From positions 2,022,248 to 2,054,247 of the forward strand of contig OZ242283.1 in assembly GCA_965207465.1 (NCBI GenBank): DNA of 32,000 bases, read 5' to 3'. Within the stretch, counting starts at the first letter, position 1; every line of letters starts with the position of its first letter. A model generated the notes under the pieces. The model made no database searches, was not told the DNA's origin, and saw only the letters and a list, made by a program, of their open reading frames with translations. The translations under genes were made by a program, and so were the position numbers. Of the stretch, positions 9,476-16,882 are shown piece by piece. The stretch comes from Dehalococcoidia bacterium. GTDB taxonomy: Bacteria; Chloroflexota; Dehalococcoidia; Lucifugimonadales; JADFKI01.

Positions 9476-9505
9476 CGCGCCATAAGAGCGAAGACTTGCG
9501 TACTA

Positions 9506-9537
9506 GCCCTTCGACAAGCTCAGGGCGAACGGAAAAG
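9506..9537 (+). repeat. Dispersed 31-nt repeat, copy 1 (GCCCTTCGACAAGCTCAGGGCGAACGGAAAA)
   Basis: Matches 25142-25172 with a single mismatch over the first 30 nt. Both copies lie just downstream of a stop codon. Confidence 0.7.
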
Positions 9538-9590
9538 AGGCGTTATGCAACAACCCCCCAAAAGCCTGCCCTGCGAACTGTGCCTGAGGG

Positions 9591-10643
9591 CTAAAGGGGT
9601 TTACGAGCCAGAAAGCAGTAGAGCGGCGTGAATATCCCTGCCCTGCCGCCCGCGACATAGGCTTTAGCGGTACGGTCCATCAAGCCTATGACATCCGCGG
9701 AGCCTTTCGGAAACACTCTTACCACCTCGGCAAGCCTGGCTGCCCCTATCAACGACTTGCGGCCGAGAGGAGTTCTACGCAGGGCGCTGCCTAGCGTTCC
9801 GCGCCGAGTTTCCATGGGCTGATACCAAGGTGTGGTCGGCCCGTCCTCCTCGACGGCGTAGTCTCTCCCCTCAACGACCTGAAATCCCGCCGCTTCGAGC
9901 GCCAAGTTCACCTCGCCGATCGTCTCTATATCCCTGAGGGCGATGCCGCGCATCAGCTCCCGCTTGATGGCGCGATGCCGACTGTCGCCGGTGTCGAAGT
10001 CATCCGTCATGCACATTTCCTGACCCCAGAAGAGCGCTCCGGGTTTCAGCACGCGGTATATCTCCGCGAACGCGCCTGCCTTGTGCGGCGCATGGCAGGT
10101 CGATTCAATCGCGTAGCCCCCGTCAAAGGCGCAGTCCTCGACGGCGCCCATGTCCATGAAACTGCACGCAAGGTAGTCCATCAGGTGGTCAAGCCCCGCC
10201 TCGGCGTTCAACGACTTCGCCTTGTCCAGCTGGATTTCGCTGTTATTCAGCCCCACTACCCTAACGCCGGCCTCCCGCGCTACACGGCGCATCGGGCCGC
10301 CGATGCCGCAGCCAATATCAATGACTGTCATGCCCTCTCGCAACTCCAACTTGTCAATCATCAGCCGTTGATGCCGGACTTTGGAGTCTTCCAGACTTTC
10401 CCGGGGCGACAGCGGCGCGAAGTGCAGGGACTCACCCCAGCCGAACACCATGAACTCGCTGCAAAGGTCGTAGTATTCCCTGACGGTTTCGGCGTGGTCG
10501 TATGCCGTCGCGTTCTTATCTTCCAGGCTCGCCCTGTCAGTCCAGCCGTCGAATTCTCTCACGCGACGGTGAGTGTCGGAGCCGTGGTACGCGGACTTCA
10601 GTCCCCTGGACAGTTCACGGAGTTGCGGGAAACTTTTCAACAT
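9591..10643 (-). CDS. Sterol C-24 methyltransferase (ERG6/SMT family)
   Basis: Near-colinear motif match to yeast ERG6. [21 protein letters not shown] corresponds to [56 protein letters not shown] corresponds to [63 protein letters not shown] corresponds to [26 protein letters not shown]. The C-terminal sterol-MT domain (PWYQPM ... [19 protein letters not shown]) is also present. Confidence 0.93.
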   Translation of the reverse strand: [350 protein letters not shown]

Positions 10644-10670
10644 GTAGGATGACCTTACGGAGCGTGCCGC

Positions 10671-13172
10671 CTATGATGCGCTCTCGCCGCTCTCGTGTCT
10701 CAGATGCACTTCCTCAATCGTCACATCAAGATCGTTCCACATGCGTTCGATGGAAGAGCGCAGCCGCATGTTCTGGTACGCGCCCCATACGACCATGGCA
10801 GGGAGAACGACAAGAATGGCGACGACCAGCGAATAGACGATAGTGATTGTCGCCGTGATGCCGAATTGCTGGGACGCAGCGAGCGGAGAGGCTATCAGCA
10901 CTCCGAATCCCAAAGCGGTCGTCAGCGCGGAGCCAAGCAGCGCCGAGCCGGTAGTCGCAAGGGTTCGGATTGCCGCCCTCTCCGGGTTTCGCAGGCGGAA
11001 GTATTCCTCCCGGTAGCGATGAATTACATGTATGGTGTAGTCCACGCCAATGCCGATAGACAGCGCCGTGATGATGGATGTAACCAGTGTGTAGGGAATA
11101 TCCAGCAGCGCCATCGTTCCCAGCACGCAGATAAGCACGAAGACGATTGGCCCCACCGCGACGAGTCCCAGCGCAGGCTGTCGGAGCGTAACCCAGAAGA
11201 AGATTGTGAGGATGCCGAGCGCCACCGCGATGGTCGTGCTGATTGCCTCCGTCTGTCCATCCGTTATCTGATCGGTCACAGCGACAGCGACAATTTCGCC
11301 GGAAATCGCGGTGATCGTGCTGTCTTCACCAAACCAGAGGTCCTCGGTCTCCTCCTGGATCATCCTCGACTGCTCGGGATCACCCAGATAGGTCGGAAAC
11401 TGGAGCAGCATTGTGTCAATGCCGTTCGGATCGTTAATCAGGAAGTGCGCCAGACCCGGTTCCCTTTCTACCAGCTTGTCAAGGACTTGCTGCATCTTTT
11501 GCCGGTCGAGTTCCACCCCGGAGGATGCTTCGTGGAAGAGCGCTTCAATTTCTGGATCGTAGTTGTCACCCGGCTCTCCTGAGTCGTCGATCCAGTCTTG
11601 CAGGTGCGAGTAGTATGAGGTCTGGATCGGCCCTGCCGCCGCCCGCGGGCGACGACTTTCGTCGTCGAAAGCGGCCGTGAGGTCTTGAATGTTCAGAAGG
11701 GTTCGAGTGTCCGTAGCCTCAGCCTTTACCAGCAGGCTGGCGACCTCGGTAGAGCCGCCGACTGCCGCCTCAAGCGTGTCCATGTCCTCCACCACACTAC
11801 CGCCTCTCGGCAGGATGTCGCGTATGCTGAATTCGGACTTAAGCCCGGTCGCGGCGAAGCCAAGCCCGACCGTAATAAGGACGACGGCCACGATGTATGG
11901 TGCGGGCCAGCGCGTGACCCATCTCCCCAGCTGCTCCGCCAGTGAGCTGATGCCGGGCAAGGCGTTCGCCATGGGACGGGGAGGCTTCAAGGTGCCGCGC
12001 GATTCCCGGCGGCGGTCGATGATTGTGCGGCCCGCCGGTATAAGCGTCAGCATTACTATCAGACTCATTCCCACGCCAAGCCCCGCGACGATGCCGAAGT
12101 CGCCAATCACGCCGATTGGCGAGAACAGGGTTGCCAGCAGGCTCACGATAGTCGTAACGGCGGCCAGCGTCAGCGGGACTGTGACGTTTCGCAGTCCGAC
12201 ACGCACCGCTGCCAGGACCGGCTCGCCCTCAAGCCGCTGCTCACGGTAGTGGGAGACCGCCTGGATGGCGTAGTCCACAGTCAGGCTTATAATGATGACG
12301 GGAACCATAGCGGTGAGCGAACTAGGCGGGCCTATCAGCCCCAACCCGTTCGGCCCAAGCCAGCCTTCCGCCCCGACGATCCATGTCAGCGAAATTATCA
12401 GTCCCGCCAGAGTCAGCAGCATGTCCGACAGCGTGCGCATGAATACCAGCAGCAGCACGGCAATCAGCAGCAGCGCCAGCCCTATCAACGGCGCCATGCC
12501 TGTCTCAGTCGCTTCCCTGTACTCGTCCTCCACAATCGTCGGCGATAGGCTGCTCACACTCAGAGAGCCTTGACTGTCCGCCGCCAGCTCGTTAATACGG
12601 CGTTCCGCGTCCTTCACCCTCTCGTCGCCTGTGTCAGTCAGCCGTATGTTCGCGATGGCGACCGGTGTGCCGTCATCATCAGTTCCGGTCATCGCGTCGA
12701 TTGCGGCCTGAATCTGCGGGATGCTCCGGACGGCATCTATTTCAGCCTGAGTGATCCCCTCCAGACTCTGCCTTTGCAGCGCGGCTTGGACCAGGAACGA
12801 TGGAGAGATGATCGGATCGGATGGCACCAGCAGCCCGCCCGTACCTGTACCACCCACCCCCGGGTCCGTGGCGATGGCGTTGATCAGTGCGCTCATCTGT
12901 GAGATGCCGCCGGGTGTCAGAGCGTTCCCGCGGAAGATAAGCGTTACGATGCTGACATCACCGGATTCGCCGAACAGTTCGTCTATTTCCTCAGTCGCGG
13001 TGGCAACGGCGTGTCCGGGCGGAAGGAAGGCGACATCCGCCCCTTCAGTCGGCGGCGCGCGAAAGGTAGTTCCCGCAGCCAGCAGAACGGTTATCGCTAT
13101 CAGGACGATGATCGTGATATACGGACGAGCCGTGACGAGCCGGCTGAAATTGAAGAGAATCTGATTCATCAT
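10671..13172 (-). CDS. MMPL/RND-superfamily lipid exporter (HpnN-like, sterol-sensing-domain-type fold)
   Basis: 833 aa with a pseudo-twofold architecture: TM1, a ~190-aa loop, TM2-6, then TM7, a ~190-aa loop, TM8-12. Duplicated motifs LTVDYAIQAVSHYRE and IGVDYTIHVIHRYREE are typical of MMPL/HpnN proteins. It ends 28 nt upstream of the SMT gene on the same strand. Confidence 0.9.
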   Translation of the reverse strand: MMNQILFNFSRLVTARPYITIIVLIAITVLLAAGTTFRAPPTEGADVAFLPPGHAVATATEEIDELFGESGDVSIVTLIFRGNALTPGGISQMSALINAIATDPGVGGTGTGGLLVPSDPIISPSFLVQAALQRQSLEGITQAEIDAVRSIPQIQAAIDAMTGTDDDGTPVAIANIRLTDTGDERVKDAERRINELAADSQGSLSVSSLSPTIVEDEYREATETGMAPLIGLALLLIAVLLLVFMRTLSDMLLTLAGLIISLTWIVGAEGWLGPNGLGLIGPPSSLTAMVPVIIISLTVDYAIQAVSHYREQRLEGEPVLAAVRVGLRNVTVPLTLAAVTTIVSLLATLFSPIGVIGDFGIVAGLGVGMSLIVMLTLIPAGRTIIDRRRESRGTLKPPRPMANALPGISSLAEQLGRWVTRWPAPYIVAVVLITVGLGFAATGLKSEFSIRDILPRGGSVVEDMDTLEAAVGGSTEVASLLVKAEATDTRTLLNIQDLTAAFDDESRRPRAAAGPIQTSYYSHLQDWIDDSGEPGDNYDPEIEALFHEASSGVELDRQKMQQVLDKLVEREPGLAHFLINDPNGIDTMLLQFPTYLGDPEQSRMIQEETEDLWFGEDSTITAISGEIVAVAVTDQITDGQTEAISTTIAVALGILTIFFWVTLRQPALGLVAVGPIVFVLICVLGTMALLDIPYTLVTSIITALSIGIGVDYTIHVIHRYREEYFRLRNPERAAIRTLATTGSALLGSALTTALGFGVLIASPLAASQQFGITATITIVYSLVVAILVVLPAMVVWGAYQNMRLRSSIERMWNDLDVTIEEVHLRHESGESAS

Positions 13173-13213
13173 GCGCGACCCCTAATTTAAGGTGGTTTCT
13201 GCATAGATAGGAG

Positions 13214-13240
13214 ATTATAAATCGATTTCCAATCTTACAA
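13214..13240 (-). promoter_or_regulatory. Candidate promoter for the MMPL-SMT operon
   Basis: On the minus strand: TTGTAA (13240-13235), a 15-nt spacer, then a perfect TATAAT (13219-13214), about 42 nt upstream of ATG 13172. The spacing is suboptimal. The candidate overlaps the CCAAT-N6-ATTGG inverted repeat at 13229-13244. Confidence 0.25.
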
Positions 13241-13333
13241 TTGGCAGAAATCCCTGTAAAGCGCGCATCTACAACTTAGGTGGTATAGTTCGTCGCACGT
13301 CCGTTCCCTGCCCTTCGCAAGTGTCAGGGGCCG

Positions 13334-13375
13334 GGGCTGACATCGATGGACAGGATGGGGAGGATGGGACAGGAG
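13334..13375 (+). repeat. Junction motif copy J1 (GGGCTGACATCGATGGACAGGATGGGGAGGATGGGACAGGAGG)
   Basis: Member of a 7-copy family with core CTAACATCGATGnACAGGATGGrnAGGAT. This copy is intergenic. Confidence 0.7.
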
Positions 13376-13550
13376 GAAAATGGTGATTATGCCCAGCTTT
13401 GTAGGGCTGTGAGTTACATTTGACCCACTGGCAAATGCGCGGTGTCTAGTTTAACCTGTCAGTTGTCGGCGGTTTGGAGATTGCCGACCGGTCCGCATAT
13501 ACGCGAGCGGGCAACGCGACGACCCCAGCGTTATTTGCTGTGGAGCTGCA

Positions 13551-13564
13551 ATTGGCATGCCAAT
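13551..13564. promoter_or_regulatory. Perfect 14-bp palindrome ATTGGCATGCCAAT upstream of amidase 1 (possible operator)
   Basis: Read directly from the sequence. It lies 68 nt upstream of ATG 13632 and shares CCAAT/ATTGG half-sites with the inverted repeat at 13229-13244. Confidence 0.25.
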
Positions 13565-13631
13565 AGGTCGGGGCTATCGTCGTAACAGATTCACCGCAGA
13601 CCAGGCCGGAAGAGAGACAGGAGAGCGCACT

Positions 13632-15032
13632 ATGGCAGACATCATTTACGCATCGGCTAAGACTATGGCTCAGGCGATTCAGGACAAAGAAGTGTCGGCG
13701 GTCGAACTGGTGGACGCGCACCTGGCGCGTATCGAAGAGGTGAACCCGACAATCAACGCGGTTGTGACGCTCGCCGCGGAAAGAGCGCGGGCCGAGGCGC
13801 AAGAAGCCGACGACGCTCTTGCGCGGGGCGACAGCAAGGGCGCGCTGCACGGCGTTCCGTTCACGCTGAAGGACTCGATAGACACAGAGGGCGTAGTTAC
13901 GACCGGCGGCACGCTAGGCCGCAAGGACTTCGTGCCCGATGCCGATGCCACAGTCGCCGCAAGGCTCAGAGCGGCTGGTGGCATATTGCTGGGCAAGTCG
14001 AACACGCCGGAGCTGACGCTTGCCGCAGAGACCGACAACCTGGTCTATGGACGAACGAACAACCCGTACAACGTCGAGCGCACGACAGGCGGGAGCAGCG
14101 GGGGCGCGGGGGCTATCGTGTCATGCGGGGGCGCGGCATTCGACATAGGCAGCGACACAGGCGGCAGCGTGCGCTATCCGGCTCATTTCTGCGGCATCGC
14201 GGGGCTGAAGCCGAACTCCGGTAGAGTGCCGCGCACGGGGCACATCGTGTCGCACAGCATGGGCGCGGTGGATTCGCTGACGCAGAACGGGCCGATGGCG
14301 CGGTATGTCGAAGACCTTGCGCTGATTCTGCCTATCATATCGGGGCCGGACTGGAGCGACCCGTTCATCGTGCCAGTGCCTCTAGGCGATCCTGCGGACG
14401 TGGACATTAGCAGTCTGCGAATTTGCTTCTACACGGACAACGGGATAGGCACGCCGACCGATGAGACTATCGCTGCTGTGCGCTCGGCTGTCGCGGCTCT
14501 GGCGGACACGGGCTGCTCGATAGTAGAAGATGTACCTTCGATCATCGCGGAGAACCCGGAAATCTCCAACAAGCTGTCGGGCGGCGACGGCAGGGTATGG
14601 ACGCAGCGGCAGCTGGATAAGTGGGGCACTACGGAGATATTCCCATATCTGGAGCGTCGGATTGCCAGGGCGTCAGAGGAGTTCGAGGTGGAAGTGGGAG
14701 ACTTTACGGCTATGCTGGAACATGTGGATAGCTTCCGCAGCACGATGCTGGGCTTCATGCAGGACTACGATGTCATAGTCTGCCCTGTGGCGGCATTCCC
14801 TGCCCAGCCGCACGGAGAGTCGCTTGAGGACAGGAACCAGCCGGGCATGAGCTACACGGCGACATACAACATCACGGGCTGGCCATCGACCGTCATACGG
14901 GGCGGCACATCGCCGGAAGGGTTGCCTATCGGAGTGCAGGTTGTGGCGCGGCCGTGGCGCGAGGATGTGTCGCTGGCGGTGGCGCAGTATCTTGAGGGCG
15001 TGACCGGTGGGTGGGTGAAGCCGCCGATTTAG
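13632..15032 (+). CDS. Amidase-signature (AS) family amidase, paralogue 1
   Basis: Catalytic Lys context PFTLKDSIDT, GGSSGGAGA, and nucleophile context GSDTGGSVR. The start is set at MADIIYASAK by homology with paralogues 2 and 3 (GGAGAG upstream); the ORF track extends to 13557. Confidence 0.9.
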   Translation: MADIIYASAKTMAQAIQDKEVSAVELVDAHLARIEEVNPTINAVVTLAAERARAEAQEADDALARGDSKGALHGVPFTLKDSIDTEGVVTTGGTLGRKDFVPDADATVAARLRAAGGILLGKSNTPELTLAAETDNLVYGRTNNPYNVERTTGGSSGGAGAIVSCGGAAFDIGSDTGGSVRYPAHFCGIAGLKPNSGRVPRTGHIVSHSMGAVDSLTQNGPMARYVEDLALILPIISGPDWSDPFIVPVPLGDPADVDISSLRICFYTDNGIGTPTDETIAAVRSAVAALADTGCSIVEDVPSIIAENPEISNKLSGGDGRVWTQRQLDKWGTTEIFPYLERRIARASEEFEVEVGDFTAMLEHVDSFRSTMLGFMQDYDVIVCPVAAFPAQPHGESLEDRNQPGMSYTATYNITGWPSTVIRGGTSPEGLPIGVQVVARPWREDVSLAVAQYLEGVTGGWVKPPI

Positions 15033-15039
15033 AGGTGGA

Positions 15040-15068
15040 CTTACATGGATGGACAGGATGGAGGAGAT
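15040..15068 (+). repeat. Junction motif copy J2 (CTTACATGGATGGACAGGATGGAGGAGAT)
   Basis: Begins 8 nt after the amidase 1 stop and is followed directly by the 101-bp tandem array. Confidence 0.65.
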
Positions 15069-15071
15069 ATA

Positions 15072-15328
15072 TCACCCTCATCCCTTGTCCGCACAGGGGC
15101 AGGCTCTAGCCTTCCCCCATCAAGGGCTTAGCGGGGTATGTATTGAGAATAAGAGGGATTGCGGTTGCGATTTCACCCCCATCCCCTGTCTGCACAGGGG
15201 CAGGCTCTAGCCTTCCCCCATCAAGGGCTTAGCGGGGTATGTATTGAGAATAAGAGGGATTGCGGTTGCGATTTCACCCCCATCCCCTGTCTGCACAGGG
15301 ACAGGCTCTAGCCTTCCCCCATCAAGGG
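15072..15328 (+). repeat. Tandem repeat, 101-bp unit x ~2.5, derived from the double-hairpin REP-like element
   Basis: Units start at 15072, 15173 and 15274 (TCACCCCCATCCCCTGTCTGCACAGGGGCAGGCTCTAGCCTTCCCCCATCAAGGGCTTAGCGGGGTATGTATTGAGAATAAGAGGGATTGCGGTTGCGATT). Copies 2 and 3 are near-identical. The last unit resolves into the full hairpin CCTTCCCCC-ATCAA-GGGGGAAGG (15312-15334). Confidence 0.9.
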
Positions 15329-15420
15329 GGAAGGGACTCTGAGCAGCATTTTAAGCATTTACCTACCCCTGTCAGCCTGTCAAGGGGGAAGGGACGAATT
15401 AGAGACACAGGATCGTGATT

Positions 15421-16818
15421 ATGAGCGAGATTATCTATGCGTCGGCGAAGAGTATGGCGCGGGCGATTCGGGACAAGGAAGTGTCGGCGGTGGAGCTGGT
15501 GGAGGCGCATCTGGCGCGCATCGAAGAGGTGAATCCGGCTCTGAATGCGGTGGTGATGCTGGCGGCAGAGCAGGCGCGTGCGGAAGCGGCTGAGGCTGAT
15601 GCCGCTCTCGCGCGGGGAGCCCACAAGGGGACGCTTCACGGGGTGCCGTTTACACTGAAGGACTCGATTGACACTGAGGGCGTGGTTACGACGGGCGGGA
15701 CGATGGGGCGCAAGGACTTCGTGCCGGACGCGGATGCGACGGTGGCGGCGCGGCTGCGGGCTGCGGGCGGCATACTGCTAGGCAAGACGAACACACCTGA
15801 AATCACATACGCGGGCGAGACGGACAACCTGATCTTCGGGCGGACGAATAACCCATTCGACCTTGACCGAATGCCCGGGGGCAGCAGCGGCGGAGCGGGG
15901 GCTATCGTGTGCTGCGGCGGAGCGGCGTTCGATATCGGCAGCGACACGGGCGGCAGCATACGAGGTCCGGCGCACTACTGCGGCATTGCGGGGATAAAGC
16001 CGAACTCCGGGCGTGTACCACGCACAGGGCATATTGTGCCGCATAGCTTCGGCGCCGCCGATTCGCTGACTCAGAATGGGCCGATGGCGCGGTATGTCGA
16101 GGACCTTGCGCTCGTCCTGCCAGTCATATCGGGGCCTGACTGGGACGATCCGCATATCGTGCCCGTGCCGCTTGGCGACCCGGCGGATGTGGATATCAGC
16201 GGGCTGCGGGTGGCTTTTTACGATTACAACGGCGTGAATATGCCGACTGCGGAGATCCAGGCGGCGGTGCGAACCGCTGCTTCGTCGCTCGACGATGTCT
16301 GCGCCTCGGTGGAGGAGGACCTGCCACAAGCAATCCCTGACAATCCTGAGATAAACAGTCAACTGAGCCAGGGAAACGGACAGGCAGGCGCTCAGCGGTT
16401 ACTGGAGAGGTACGGCACTACTGAGACGCACGCATGGATTACCCGTCTCCTGGAGAGGGCGAGCGAGAAAATGGTCTCGGTGCAGGAGTACACGGCAGTT
16501 CTGGAGAATGTCGATGCCTACCGCAGCGAGATGCTGGGCTTCATGCAGAACTACGATGTCATCGTATGCCCGGTGTCATCGTATGCCGCATTGCCGCACG
16601 GAGAATCAATGTTCAACGAAAAGTACACAGGGATAGGCTACATGGCGACATACAATATCACGGGCTGGCCCTCGACCGTGGTGCGCGCGGGCACTTCGCC
16701 GGAAGGCCTGCCCATCGGCGTGCAGGTTGTGGCGCGTCCGTGGCGTGAGGACGTGTCTCTCGCGGTGGCGCAGTATCTTGAAGGCGCGCTTGGCGGGTGG
16801 GTGAAGCCGCCATTGTAG
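15421..16818 (+). CDS. Amidase-signature family amidase, paralogue 2
   Basis: Same motifs as paralogue 1 (PFTLKDSIDT, GGSSGGAGA, GSDTGGSIR). Colinear with paralogues 1 and 3 over its full length. ATG 15421 is preferred over GTG 15415. Confidence 0.9.
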   Translation: MSEIIYASAKSMARAIRDKEVSAVELVEAHLARIEEVNPALNAVVMLAAEQARAEAAEADAALARGAHKGTLHGVPFTLKDSIDTEGVVTTGGTMGRKDFVPDADATVAARLRAAGGILLGKTNTPEITYAGETDNLIFGRTNNPFDLDRMPGGSSGGAGAIVCCGGAAFDIGSDTGGSIRGPAHYCGIAGIKPNSGRVPRTGHIVPHSFGAADSLTQNGPMARYVEDLALVLPVISGPDWDDPHIVPVPLGDPADVDISGLRVAFYDYNGVNMPTAEIQAAVRTAASSLDDVCASVEEDLPQAIPDNPEINSQLSQGNGQAGAQRLLERYGTTETHAWITRLLERASEKMVSVQEYTAVLENVDAYRSEMLGFMQNYDVIVCPVSSYAALPHGESMFNEKYTGIGYMATYNITGWPSTVVRAGTSPEGLPIGVQVVARPWREDVSLAVAQYLEGALGGWVKPPL

Positions 16819-16838
16819 GTGTCAGCGGTCAGGAGACT

Positions 16839-16875
16839 GGGCTAACATCGAAGGACAGGATAGACAGGATGGGAG
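16839..16875 (+). repeat. Junction motif copy J3 (GGGCTAACATCGAAGGACAGGATAGACAGGATGGGAG)
   Basis: Lies between the amidase 2 stop (16818) and the amidase 3 ATG (16883). Confidence 0.7.
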
Positions 16876-16882
16876 AAAGATA

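Noticed and set aside
15072-15328. Possible CRISPR array
   Set aside because: The 101-bp units are contiguous whole-unit tandem copies with no unique spacers. There are no cas genes, and the unit is related to the REP-like hairpin family.
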